This document shows, in pieces, positions 50,187-59,424 of a DNA stretch of 64,000 nt; positions within the stretch are counted from its first letter, which is position 1; the number at the start of each line of letters is the position of its first letter. The notes under the pieces are model-generated. The model did not search any database and had not been told where the DNA came from. It worked only from the letters and a program-made list of their open reading frames with translations. Source of the stretch: a virus (lineage: Duplodnaviria; Caudoviricetes); the IMG/VR virus record IMGVR_UViG_3300033121_002354, positions 49,040 through 113,039 of that record; one strand, written 5' to 3'. A program made the position numbers and the translations under genes.

Positions 50187-52111
50187 TGGCATTAACTCTA
50201 GAACAAGTTGTTGATATAGCCAAGCTTCATCCAGAGTATGATGAGCAACGTGTTTCTAGTGAGCTAGAATACATAAAAAATAACGACCTTCAAAAAGACT
50301 TCTTGGATGTTTGTGAAGCCGCCCTTGCCAAAGGTCAACCAGGAAGTAAGAATGTTTTAAATTCTTTTGTTTTTTATTTGATACGTATCACTTCCTGCAA
50401 GCCAGTTGACAAATTCGATGTACCCAAACGCAGAGCTTATGTCCGAGATGGCTGGCCTGACGTTGATATAGATGTTTGTTACCTGCATAGAAGTACTTTA
50501 ATTGCTTATGCGAAATCAAAATATGGTGAAGGCAACGTTGCGACCATTGGTACTGTTGGTAAACTAGAAATTAAATCGGCTATTCACAAAGCAATTCTAG
50601 TTCTTGATCCCACCAAGTCTTATAACAAAGAAAACGGATTTGGCAGGAAGCAACTAGAAAGAGATCCTAATTTCCAACTTAAGCAAGAAATATGTGATTC
50701 CCTTCCAAATATTATGAAAAAGGAGGATGGGACACGTATAAGGAAAATCAAAGAGGCTTACGATACTTATCCAGAGTTTAAGAGATATATGGATAAGTAT
50801 CCAAAAATTTACAAGCTTGCTCTTAAGCTTGAGGGTACGATTGCTTCGTATGGCACTCATGCTGCGGGTGTAATTCTCTCTCCAATTCCGCTGGAACAGA
50901 TATGCCCCCTTCATCTTTCGAAAAAGAAAAAAGAAGATGCTCGCAACGATGCCGATGCTTCTGAGAAGTATGAGTGGTGTACTCAATTCACCATGACCGA
51001 TGTTGAAGCAATTGGCTTGCCCAAGATGGACTTCTTAGGAATTTCAACCGAAACGTCCATTGCTCGTTGTTTTGAGACGGTTAAAAAATCATATAACATT
51101 GAACTAGATCGTGATAACATACCCATTGATACACAAACTCTTGAGCTGTTAAACAGAGGAGAAGGGGTTGGCGTATTTCAGGCCGAAACAAGACCGATGC
51201 AAAATGTCATGCGGCAAATCGGCATAGATAGTTTTGAAGATATTATCGCTTGTGTTTCTATTTTTCGTCCAGGTCCGATGCAGTATATTGACCAGTATGC
51301 TGATCGTAAACACGGGAAAGACGAAGTATCTTATTTGCATCCTTTGTATGAAAAAATTGCATCTTCGACATATGCTATCTTGATTTATCAAGAACAGATC
51401 ATGCGAATTTTCGTTGACTTAGCCCAACTAAGTGAAAACGATGGATACAAATTTATTAAGGGTTGTGCCAAAAAGAATCCAAAAATAGTTGAGGCAATGT
51501 TAGAGAAGTTTATTGCTGGTTGTGCTGTTAACAACATATCTCCTAAAATAGCAAAGAAAATTGCTGACGACTTACACCAATTCGCTGGATACAGCTTCAA
51601 CTTAAGTCATGCTACAGGATATGCTAAGAAGAGTGCTACATGTAGTTATTTAAAAGCACATTTTCCTGCAGAGTTTATTGAGGCACGGTTGACGGTTGAA
51701 TATATACGCAAATCTAAAAGCATGGAGATATATAGACAAGAAGCACAAAGAATGGGGTTTAAGATACTTAAACCTGATTTGAATAAGTCTGGAATTGATT
51801 GGCAGATAGTGGATCAGAAAACGCTTTTAGAGCCATTGATAGTAAAAGGTATTGGGGTTGTAGCGGCACAAGAAATTATTAAGTGTAGACCTTATGACCC
51901 AAACAATCTTCTTGTTGATTTTTCTAAGAAAATTGGATTGAAAAATGCATTGCACGTAACCAAGAGAGAGATTGACGGAATGTATTCTGCTGGAATGTGG
52001 CAGGGGTACGGAACAAGGGAAAAGGTTGTGGAAACTTTTGAAAAGGCGAAGGAGTACGGAAAAAGAAACAGGGGCAGACAAATAGGTGGAAATTTATTTG
52101 GCAAACAGTGA
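50186..52111 (+). CDS. dnaE: DNA polymerase III alpha, catalytic subunit (palm/thumb/fingers/HhH; no OB-fold tail evident)
   Basis: WPDVDID, THAAGV, KMDFLG, GVFQ, FRPGPM, IYQEQIM, YSFNLSHATGY, PDLNKS, VKGIG. Confidence 0.93.
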   Translation: MALTLEQVVDIAKLHPEYDEQRVSSELEYIKNNDLQKDFLDVCEAALAKGQPGSKNVLNSFVFYLIRITSCKPVDKFDVPKRRAYVRDGWPDVDIDVCYLHRSTLIAYAKSKYGEGNVATIGTVGKLEIKSAIHKAILVLDPTKSYNKENGFGRKQLERDPNFQLKQEICDSLPNIMKKEDGTRIRKIKEAYDTYPEFKRYMDKYPKIYKLALKLEGTIASYGTHAAGVILSPIPLEQICPLHLSKKKKEDARNDADASEKYEWCTQFTMTDVEAIGLPKMDFLGISTETSIARCFETVKKSYNIELDRDNIPIDTQTLELLNRGEGVGVFQAETRPMQNVMRQIGIDSFEDIIACVSIFRPGPMQYIDQYADRKHGKDEVSYLHPLYEKIASSTYAILIYQEQIMRIFVDLAQLSENDGYKFIKGCAKKNPKIVEAMLEKFIAGCAVNNISPKIAKKIADDLHQFAGYSFNLSHATGYAKKSATCSYLKAHFPAEFIEARLTVEYIRKSKSMEIYRQEAQRMGFKILKPDLNKSGIDWQIVDQKTLLEPLIVKGIGVVAAQEIIKCRPYDPNNLLVDFSKKIGLKNALHVTKREIDGMYSAGMWQGYGTREKVVETFEKAKEYGKRNRGRQIGGNLFGKQ

Positions 52112-52126
52112 TTTATATCATAAAAT
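52098..52126 (+). promoter_or_regulatory. Sigma70-like promoter, leaderless
   Basis: TTGGCA-N17-TAAAAT-N6-ATG(52133). Confidence 0.6.
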
Positions 52127-52132
52127 TCTATC

Positions 52133-52432
52133 ATGAGCGAAGAACGAATTACAAAATGTGTGACTGGTTTATCTCGGAAAATACAAACATCTCGTTTTCA
52201 GTCTTTGACAATAACAAGAGAGACAGAAGATGAGATTCGGTGGTCTACAATGCAAGAGCGTAAAACCAAGATGGAAAACGCTACAAAGCTTGCAATTGTA
52301 GACTACAAAAAAGTTTTTGATGATGTCTTGGCTGAATTAAAGCTTCAAGAAGTGAATGCTTATTATGTGGATGAAGTTGCAGAAAAGAAGCTCAACAATC
52401 CTAAACTTGAAGATATGGATGATTTAAAGTGA
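52133..52432 (+). CDS. Hypothetical protein
   Basis: 99 aa; GTGA overlap with next gene. Confidence 0.65.
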   Translation: MSEERITKCVTGLSRKIQTSRFQSLTITRETEDEIRWSTMQERKTKMENATKLAIVDYKKVFDDVLAELKLQEVNAYYVDEVAEKKLNNPKLEDMDDLK

Positions 52433-53571
52433 CAGTAAAAGACATAGATAAACAGATTGCAGAAATATTTGAAGTCCCTGCAAGTGGCGGGAAAGCAGAC
52501 GAGAGTGACGAAAGCCACATAACAGGGCAAAATAAGGTTGTTCAAACATTTGAACAAAAAGCTCAAGATGTTCAAGCAATGATGGAAGCTGAGTCAGAGG
52601 AAATAGAGTTGGTAAAAGAACCAGAACCTGTAAAGGTTGAACCGCCTCAGATTCCTGTTCCAGAGCCAGTGCTTGAAGTTGTTGAACACGAACAAGTAAT
52701 AAAGAGTGCAGAAAGAATAACGCAAGAGAAGCCCAAGCCGGAGATCGTGGTTGTAGAAGAACCAGATTCCGAAATTCAGCCAAAAACAAAGATAAAAACC
52801 ATAAATATAAGTGATGAAGAAGAAAAACCAAAATCAGATAATCCTCTTAATTTATTTGGCAAAGACTTAGATGTATACAACTTTGTGACGGAGAAATATC
52901 CACAGTTTCAATTTTATGATAATCATGCCTCAATGAGGTTGTTCTATAAATTCAAAGTCAAAGAACTTGGATATGTGCTTAATAAATTCCCGCTAATGAA
53001 CATTTCTTCTTATATTGAAGAAATCAAGAATGTTAATTTAGACTTTTCTGTTCCAGGTGTTCCAGACCCACTTACGTTAGCCAATAAACTTAATCAGGTT
53101 ATCAGGGCCAGAACAAGACTAACACAGATACTCTTCCATATTAGTAGCCAATTAAAGTTGTGGCAGCGGTGCCAAGAAATGTTGGAGGGAAAGCTATTTC
53201 TTGAGAAAGAAATAAAAGGCCAGCAAAAACGTGGTGGTCTTGTATTGGAATATATGGCGGATGTTGTTCATTATGTATCGGAAATGGAAGGACTCAACGA
53301 AGCAGCGAAACGTGTGGAAGATTTGTTGTCAGCCAATTATGACAGCATAAGTAGACAAATAGCTTGTCTTCAGACTTTTAAAGACACTAAAGAATTTAGT
53401 CAAGAACAAAGATTTGACACTAATAAAAGTAAATCAGATACTAATAAGTATAGCAATTTAGACTCTGTATCTTCTGGTGAAGTCGTAAAAGGGACTAATA
53501 GTCAGGATAAAAAAGTCTTTGACGCTAATTTCGGTGTCGATGATGCCGATGATGATGATTTCTTAGGATAA
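52429..53571 (+). CDS. Hypothetical protein (acidic/Pro-rich N-terminus, helical C-terminus)
   Basis: 380-aa ORF upstream of the SSB-like gene and recA; acidic tail DDADDDDFLG. Confidence 0.7.
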   Translation: MTVKDIDKQIAEIFEVPASGGKADESDESHITGQNKVVQTFEQKAQDVQAMMEAESEEIELVKEPEPVKVEPPQIPVPEPVLEVVEHEQVIKSAERITQEKPKPEIVVVEEPDSEIQPKTKIKTINISDEEEKPKSDNPLNLFGKDLDVYNFVTEKYPQFQFYDNHASMRLFYKFKVKELGYVLNKFPLMNISSYIEEIKNVNLDFSVPGVPDPLTLANKLNQVIRARTRLTQILFHISSQLKLWQRCQEMLEGKLFLEKEIKGQQKRGGLVLEYMADVVHYVSEMEGLNEAAKRVEDLLSANYDSISRQIACLQTFKDTKEFSQEQRFDTNKSKSDTNKYSNLDSVSSGEVVKGTNSQDKKVFDANFGVDDADDDDFLG

Positions 53572-53590
53572 TTTTTCAAGGAGAATGTTA

Positions 53591-54325
53591 ATGGCTACGA
53601 AATTGGATTGGAACACGGTTCCAAAGTCAGGGTTTAAGTCTGGTGGTGGCAACAACCCTGATCGTCGAGAGATTTTGCGAATCAAGTTTACAGATGACTG
53701 CTCGCATATCGTTCGTCCTGTAGGCCCACCAGTTGGTTTCTTTAGTTTTTTCTCTCCTTCATTACGCCGCTCATTCCGTTGTGATTTGGGTAATGCAGCG
53801 GTTGCAAAGCAGCTTGCAGAAGTCCTTAATTGTGAACCTTCGCAAAAGTTTGCTATTAACGTAATTGATAGAAGCGATAACGTGATTAAAATCATGGAAG
53901 CTCCTATGACGGTATACGAGCAGATGGTTGACGTTTGCTCCGTTAACAAGACAAAGGCTGGTGGCAAAAACGGCGGCGACTGGAAGGTATCTACAAAGCC
54001 AGTCAAACGCAAGGGTGGTGGTCAGAGCCGTCGTTACACTGCAAACTTCTTAGGGAAAGAGCCGTTTACCGAAGAGGAATTGGCTAGAATCGAGAATGAA
54101 GACCCTTCAAAGAATGAATGGTATATTCTTGATGACATTTACAAAGAAGACGATCCAGAAAGTGTGAAGCAGCTTATTGAGAAATTTGGGTCAGGCTCCG
54201 ATTCTCCTGCTCCAAAGTCGTATAAAAAATTGGACAGTGAAGAAGACAGCTTTAGCAAAAAGCCCGCAAAGGCTGTTTCCGCTGCAAAAGTAGAAGAGAT
54301 GGAAGATGTTGATTTAGATTTCTAA
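53591..54325 (+). CDS. Putative phage single-stranded DNA-binding protein
   Basis: FAINVIDRSDNVIKIME OB-like core, acidic-aromatic tail EDVDLDF, next to recA; AAGGAG SD favours ATG 53591. Confidence 0.6.
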   Translation: MATKLDWNTVPKSGFKSGGGNNPDRREILRIKFTDDCSHIVRPVGPPVGFFSFFSPSLRRSFRCDLGNAAVAKQLAEVLNCEPSQKFAINVIDRSDNVIKIMEAPMTVYEQMVDVCSVNKTKAGGKNGGDWKVSTKPVKRKGGGQSRRYTANFLGKEPFTEEELARIENEDPSKNEWYILDDIYKEDDPESVKQLIEKFGSGSDSPAPKSYKKLDSEEDSFSKKPAKAVSAAKVEEMEDVDLDF

Positions 54326-54329
54326 GATT

Positions 54330-54445
54330 GCCCAGCGTTTCTGCTGGCACTAACCTGACCTTGGAACAGTTAGTGAAATCCTGGCTATAAACATTTTCTC
54401 TGTGGGCACACAGATAGAATGATGCAAGATAGACGAGGTTGGTTA
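54330..54445 (+). ncRNA. Possible structured RNA / cis-regulatory leader of recA
   Basis: Hairpins CCAGC/GCTGG, CACTAA-CTG/CAG-TTAGTG, CATT-TCTGTG/CACAGA-AATG, CCT-CTAT/ATAG-AGG. Confidence 0.35.
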
Positions 54446-54468
54446 GCTTTTTATATATAGGAGTAATT

Positions 54469-55677
54469 GTGTCAAAAGCATCAAAAAATAAAGGACTTGA
54501 AACAGCATTAGCAACCATAGAGAAGAATTTTGGATCTGGTGCTACAAGACTAGGGTCGGAACTGGAAAAGGTTAATTTTTTCAGAACTGGTCATGACGAT
54601 TTAGATGCTGGACTTGTTGAGGGTGGTGGCGGATTTGCTCGCGGGAAAATCATTGAATTGTACGGACCAGAGAAATCCGGCAAATCATCCTTAGCCCTTC
54701 GCTGTTGCAGTTATGCACAGAAGGAAGGCTATACTCCTTACTGGATTGATCTTGAGCGTGCTTTAGTGAGAGGTGGTATCGCAGAGATCAATGGAGTTGA
54801 CATGGACAAAATGTGGATTCCAAAACTCGAAGATATGAACCTTGACGATGAGGAAAGCGGTGCTCCTTTTGATGCTGGCAAAGTGCTTGACTTAATGTTG
54901 ATGGTTATTAAGACTGCACAATTTAATCCTGTAGTTTTAGATTCTGTTGCTGGTTTAGTTTCAGAAAACGAAATGAATGCGGAAAGTTTTAACAAAAACC
55001 AGATGATGGATACGGCTCGATTAATCAGTAAAGCAGTTAAGAAGATAAACGCATTTTCTGCAATGAATGATATTTGTGTTATTTTTGTAAATCAAGAAAG
55101 AGATAAGCCTGACGTACAAACCGGACATACACAACTTGTAACTCCGGGTGGAAAAGCAATCAAATATTATGCATCTCAAAGAATCAGGGTATGGAAGAAG
55201 AGTGGGTCAGAGGCTCTTATTTACACAACCAGAGAAGATGGAGTAAAGGATTTAATAGGGCACTGGGCCAAAGCAAAGATAGACAAGAATAGATGTGCAC
55301 CTCCGCTTGAAGAACCTGTAGAAATACCAATTTATTATAAACACCATTTTCCTGATGAAGCAGAACGTCTATATCAACTTGCTCGTGATTTACAGGTCAT
55401 TTCCAAGAGGGGTGAAGATTTAACCTGGAAGTATGGCAAAGAGGTAATCTTAAGAAATTCATCTCCTTCAGAGGTAATGGAATTAATTAGGTCAAGGAAG
55501 TTAGAGCCTCGTCTTTCTTTCGAGTGTATTGCTGCTGCTGCTGGAGAAAAAAATCAGAAAAAGAAGTCTCCAGTGGTCATTCCTGCTTCTTTAGCAGAAA
55601 TTGCTAAGGGCTATGATCCCAAAACCAACGAAAAAGGCACTGAAGAAGAAACAGATGATGATGAAGAAGAACTGTGA
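54469..55677 (+). CDS. recA: RecA recombinase
   Basis: IEKNFGSG, GKIIELYGPEKSGKS, WIDLE, VLDSVAGL, FVNQER, TPGGKAIKYYASQRI, KNRCAPP; AGGAG SD before GTG 54469. Confidence 0.93.
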   Translation: MSKASKNKGLETALATIEKNFGSGATRLGSELEKVNFFRTGHDDLDAGLVEGGGGFARGKIIELYGPEKSGKSSLALRCCSYAQKEGYTPYWIDLERALVRGGIAEINGVDMDKMWIPKLEDMNLDDEESGAPFDAGKVLDLMLMVIKTAQFNPVVLDSVAGLVSENEMNAESFNKNQMMDTARLISKAVKKINAFSAMNDICVIFVNQERDKPDVQTGHTQLVTPGGKAIKYYASQRIRVWKKSGSEALIYTTREDGVKDLIGHWAKAKIDKNRCAPPLEEPVEIPIYYKHHFPDEAERLYQLARDLQVISKRGEDLTWKYGKEVILRNSSPSEVMELIRSRKLEPRLSFECIAAAAGEKNQKKKSPVVIPASLAEIAKGYDPKTNEKGTEEETDDDEEEL

Positions 55678-55945
55678 TATTTGGAAGAATACAGAAACTG
55701 GTATAACTGCCACTTATGGAGAAAATGTATATCTTATACACGATATACAGAGAAGAATAGATTTCCCACCCATGAAAAAGTATGCTCTGTATAGAGAAAA
55801 TGATAATGCCTATTTAGATTGTGATGGCGAAATAGTTTGTGGCAATGCAAAATTTAACGCTTGTGGCTTGCCAATGTATGCTGTGTTTGATACTGTAGAA
55901 GAAGCAAAGAAACTGGTTGAAGAATTAGAAAACAGACATGTTTAA
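55655..55945 (+). CDS. Hypothetical protein
   Basis: Short ORF filling the recA-primase gap; start uncertain (55655/58/61). Confidence 0.55.
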   Translation: MMMKKNCDIWKNTETGITATYGENVYLIHDIQRRIDFPPMKKYALYRENDNAYLDCDGEIVCGNAKFNACGLPMYAVFDTVEEAKKLVEELENRHV

Positions 55946-56660
55946 AGATCAGTTTACGGCGGTAGAAAGGGAGAAACTGGTAGAATTGTCGGTCTCAACT
56001 TTGTGGGAAAAAGATGGTAAGCCGGGCCTAGATTATTTAGTAGAACAAAGAAAATTAAAAGAAAGTGTCATAAAGGACTTTAAACTAGGGTATGTCCCTT
56101 CGTATGTTGAACACCAACTAGCAAACAGAATCATATTCCCGATTTATGATTCTTCTGATAATTTAATAGCTTTACACACTTACTCTATTTCTGATGAATC
56201 GAAGGGCTTACCGAAATACTGGCATGAAAAGTTTAGAAAGTCTTTTTATTTATACGGGTTAAATTCAGCAAAGCACAGAATAAGAGAAAGGGGATTTGTT
56301 TTGGTTGTAGAAGGCAATTTTGATCTGCTTCAGTGTCATAATAACGACTTAACAAATTCGGTAGCCATGTTTGGAAAGGCTTTGTCTCTTCACCAGATTG
56401 CTTTATTGATACGATATACAGATAAAATTGTTTTGGGTTTTGATGGTGACAATGCTGGGAAATCTGGGCAAGAAAAAACCAGTATCGAAATGAAAGAATT
56501 TACCAGTGTTGTACCGCCAGTTTTCAGTTTGACCGGAGTAGAGTGGCCGGAATTGAAGACTAAAACAGATCCAGATGAATACATTCGAGAAAACGGAATT
56601 AGAAGTTTTAAAATTTTAGTGCAAAAGGCTTTAAATAAGTTAAAACCATGTCAGAATTAG
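55938..56660 (+). CDS. dnaG: DNA primase catalytic core (TOPRIM) lacking the zinc-binding domain
   Basis: YLVEQRKL..FKLGY, RIIFPI, KY..F.KSFYLYGL, VVEGNFD, FDGDNAG, DPDEY. Confidence 0.88.
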   Translation: MFKDQFTAVEREKLVELSVSTLWEKDGKPGLDYLVEQRKLKESVIKDFKLGYVPSYVEHQLANRIIFPIYDSSDNLIALHTYSISDESKGLPKYWHEKFRKSFYLYGLNSAKHRIRERGFVLVVEGNFDLLQCHNNDLTNSVAMFGKALSLHQIALLIRYTDKIVLGFDGDNAGKSGQEKTSIEMKEFTSVVPPVFSLTGVEWPELKTKTDPDEYIRENGIRSFKILVQKALNKLKPCQN

Positions 56661-57544
56661 AAGTTTGCGACATATCGGTGTCAGAGTTGATAGATGATTT
56701 TTTAATCAAGAAATCATTAGAAGATAATGATCGTGACAATTTAATATTCCATCCAAGTGAGTTTCATGGTTGCAAAAGAAAGATTTCATATCAATACCAT
56801 GAAGCAACTGGTTTTATTAATGTGGTTCTAGACCAATACAGCGTTAATACTAGACTTTGTAGAATATTTGATAACGGTCATAAAGTCCATGATCGTTACA
56901 AGGAGTATTTAAGTGATCCACGTTGTGCCCCCGGACTCCTGAAGGGCAGATGGAAATGCAAAAACAAGTGGGCACACAATGAACCAAAAATTGTGGGTCT
57001 AGAAGAAAAGTTTGGAGTTTTTCGCCCTGAAACTCCTTGTGAATGCGGATCTACTGAATACGAATACGTCGAGGTTGGATTTTTGTCCGAAGTGTACAAC
57101 ATTGGGGGACACGTAGACGTAATCCTTTTTCTTCCCAATGGACAGCATATCATAATTGACTTTAAGTCGATTGGATATCGAGGCTTTGATAGACTTTTTG
57201 CACAACCAGAAGATAAACACTATACACAAATGCAGTTGTATCTATTTTTGTCAGGAGAAGAAGCTGGCAAATTTTTGTATGAAGACAAAAACGATCAGCG
57301 AATAAAAGAGTTTCTAGTAATAAGAGATCAAAAGTATATTGACCGTTTGCTTATTTATGCTGAACACTTAAAAGATATTGTTACGTATGAAGGCCCCAAC
57401 GGGCAACGAAAGCTTGCTCCAAGGTCAAACAGCACTTTTCCAGAAACAGATGATTCTCCATATCTTGTTAAATACACTCCAAAGCATTATGAGTGCATAA
57501 ATTGTCGTTTTAAGAATAACTGCTACAAAAAGGACAAAAAATGA
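56648..57544 (+). CDS. Cas4-like PD-(D/E)xK exonuclease
   Basis: PSEFHGC, GHKVH, GHVD, IIDFKS, QMQLY, C-terminal CINCRFKNNC (1+3 Cys Fe-S pattern); no CRISPR context. Confidence 0.8.
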   Translation: MSELEVCDISVSELIDDFLIKKSLEDNDRDNLIFHPSEFHGCKRKISYQYHEATGFINVVLDQYSVNTRLCRIFDNGHKVHDRYKEYLSDPRCAPGLLKGRWKCKNKWAHNEPKIVGLEEKFGVFRPETPCECGSTEYEYVEVGFLSEVYNIGGHVDVILFLPNGQHIIIDFKSIGYRGFDRLFAQPEDKHYTQMQLYLFLSGEEAGKFLYEDKNDQRIKEFLVIRDQKYIDRLLIYAEHLKDIVTYEGPNGQRKLAPRSNSTFPETDDSPYLVKYTPKHYECINCRFKNNCYKKDKK

Positions 57545-57756
57545 AAGAACGATATTTGGTAGTTTTATTTGATGAAACTAATGATCGTGAAGAGAATTTC
57601 TATTCTTTTGTAGTAGAAGGAAAAAATCGTCTAGATCAAACTTTGGAAGAATATAAAGAGCTTACACTTGTAAGTGAAGCAGATTTGGCAGATGAGTGCA
57701 ATTTAAAACTGCATTCCAAAGGTGCTGGTACTGTATTTTATACAAGGTTGGGATAA
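57541..57756 (+). CDS. Small hypothetical protein
   Basis: 71 aa; coupled on both sides. Confidence 0.55.
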   Translation: MKERYLVVLFDETNDREENFYSFVVEGKNRLDQTLEEYKELTLVSEADLADECNLKLHSKGAGTVFYTRLG

Positions 57757-58796
57757 TGAAACTGCCTGTTTGTACAGATGGTACGCTGGTTGATGAAAAA
57801 GTGATGCAATTCCAGTTGCATCATAAAAGTGAAGATTTTGACCTTATACGTAAATACTACATAAGTTATAGAAAATTTTGGTTCAACAAAGTAAGCGATC
57901 TTATAGAGGAAGAAGAGTTTTATTTAGAGTGGGATGAGAAGCTTCTACATGCCGTAGAAACATATGACGATGATAGAGCAAAAGCTTTGTGTCAGTTAAA
58001 AAATTGGCCAATCAATTCAAAATTCAACAGGTGGTTTTATAGTTCCCTTAGAAACATGATTTCTAATATAAAGTCGGGAGCTTTCAGAGGAAACAAACAA
58101 CCATCTGTTATATGCCCGATTTGTTTAAGACAAGTACCAAAAATAGAAGAACAGCACCTTAAACACATTATAAGCACAAAAGATTTGCCCAAAACATTTA
58201 TATGGAACTGTGATACATATAAGACCTTTTCCAAGCCTTATCAGAAAGCATTAAAGCTGGTGAAGGGGCACTGGCAAAAAGTTAAATGGGAATGGTTTTT
58301 AAAGGACGGGACAAAAGGAGTTGTTTGCCCGTTTACAATGAACATTGTTCCAAAGATAGACTCAGAATATATTAACACTCTACCAAAAAAGTACAAGCAT
58401 TATGCGGTGCCTTATAGCTGGTTTGAGTTTCAAGAGGAGTTTCCTACTGCTATTGTGCATTCAGAAATACACAGAATTGATACTAACAGCATAGAATGTG
58501 ATGGTCGAAAACGTTCAGATGTCAGCGTTAATTTACGCACAGCAAATTCAGAGTACTCAAACTATACTTGCGAGATAGACATGATTGAAAACACTACCGA
58601 ATATGAAAGTGCTATGAAAGTGATAGAAAAATACAGCTCTGACAAAATAGATAAATACATAATGATGTGCTTAACCACTGGATATAGCATGCAGGATGTC
58701 TGTGAGGAACTAAACATATCTCGTCGTGACCTTCAGAATAGGATCACGAGCCTAAAAGAAAATGTAAATTTAAAGAACGCACTAATTAATATGTGA
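57756..58796 (+). CDS. Sigma-factor-like protein with inserted zinc-finger region
   Basis: Region-2-like LLHAVETYD..FNRWFYSSLRN; C-terminal HTH GYSMQDVCEELNISRRDLQNRI; internal CPIC..HLKH. Confidence 0.6.
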   Translation: MKLPVCTDGTLVDEKVMQFQLHHKSEDFDLIRKYYISYRKFWFNKVSDLIEEEEFYLEWDEKLLHAVETYDDDRAKALCQLKNWPINSKFNRWFYSSLRNMISNIKSGAFRGNKQPSVICPICLRQVPKIEEQHLKHIISTKDLPKTFIWNCDTYKTFSKPYQKALKLVKGHWQKVKWEWFLKDGTKGVVCPFTMNIVPKIDSEYINTLPKKYKHYAVPYSWFEFQEEFPTAIVHSEIHRIDTNSIECDGRKRSDVSVNLRTANSEYSNYTCEIDMIENTTEYESAMKVIEKYSSDKIDKYIMMCLTTGYSMQDVCEELNISRRDLQNRITSLKENVNLKNALINM

Positions 58797-58797
58797 T

Positions 58798-58826
58798 TTG
58801 CATTTCGGAAAACTATATCATATCAT
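58798..58826 (+). promoter_or_regulatory. Sigma70-like promoter
   Basis: TTGCAT-N17-TATCAT upstream of GAAAGG SD and ATG 58854. Confidence 0.55.
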
Positions 58827-58853
58827 TAGAACACTTTTACGAAAGGCAGTAAT

Positions 58854-59234
58854 ATGAGTAACGCAACTGACAAAATTCATCCAGGGTTTCTAAAGGTGAA
58901 AGGTCGATTTGACACTTCAGAGCAGAGAAAGCTATATGTAAAGAAGCTTTCTTCCGCCCTGTATCAGTGCATTTCAAATCATGGTTACGCTGAAATGCGT
59001 GCAATTGGCCGCGATGCCTGTTATAACGCAGTTTGTTCCTTAATTCGAGTTAACGGGACTCTTGCACAACAAGGGACAGAACTGTACTGGAATGCAGCTT
59101 TTGACAATGGTAATCTTGGCGATCTTCAGAGTGATGGCCATGTACAAGATGTCACTGCGGTTAAATTTTACGTCAAAGACTTTACTGCTGTGCAAATGAA
59201 GGCGTTTAAACGCGAGGCTGAAGAAAGCAAATGA
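58854..59234 (+). CDS. spoVS: SpoVS-like (Alba-fold) protein
   Basis: LKV..AEMRAIGRDACYNAV..AF..VTAVKFYV matches the SpoVS pattern LKV..AEIQAIGAGALNQAVK..PAF..RTAIKLIV. Confidence 0.75.
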   Translation: MSNATDKIHPGFLKVKGRFDTSEQRKLYVKKLSSALYQCISNHGYAEMRAIGRDACYNAVCSLIRVNGTLAQQGTELYWNAAFDNGNLGDLQSDGHVQDVTAVKFYVKDFTAVQMKAFKREAEESK

Positions 59235-59416
59235 AACGCAAAACCGTTACGACTTTGACATCAAAGCAAGCGTATTCAAACATTGAAAAAATAGTGGATC
59301 TACTGTTTGTGATCCGTGAATCTGAACATTTTTTGGTTGAAGAACTTAATTCTATAGACAGAGCATATTGCGATCTTCTTGATATAAAGTCAAGACTGGA
59401 TACCTTGCCAAAGTAG
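59231..59416 (+). CDS. Small hypothetical protein
   Basis: 61 aa; ATGA overlap. Confidence 0.55.
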   Translation: MKRKTVTTLTSKQAYSNIEKIVDLLFVIRESEHFLVEELNSIDRAYCDLLDIKSRLDTLPK

Positions 59417-59424
59417 GAGTAAAC

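Noticed and set aside
50100-50300. Split intein joining the two DnaE chains
   Set aside because: No CL/CF N-intein start or HN-C/S/T end at either side of the junction
56648-57544. CRISPR-Cas system
   Set aside because: Solo Cas4-like nuclease in a recombination cluster; no repeat-spacer array or other cas genes
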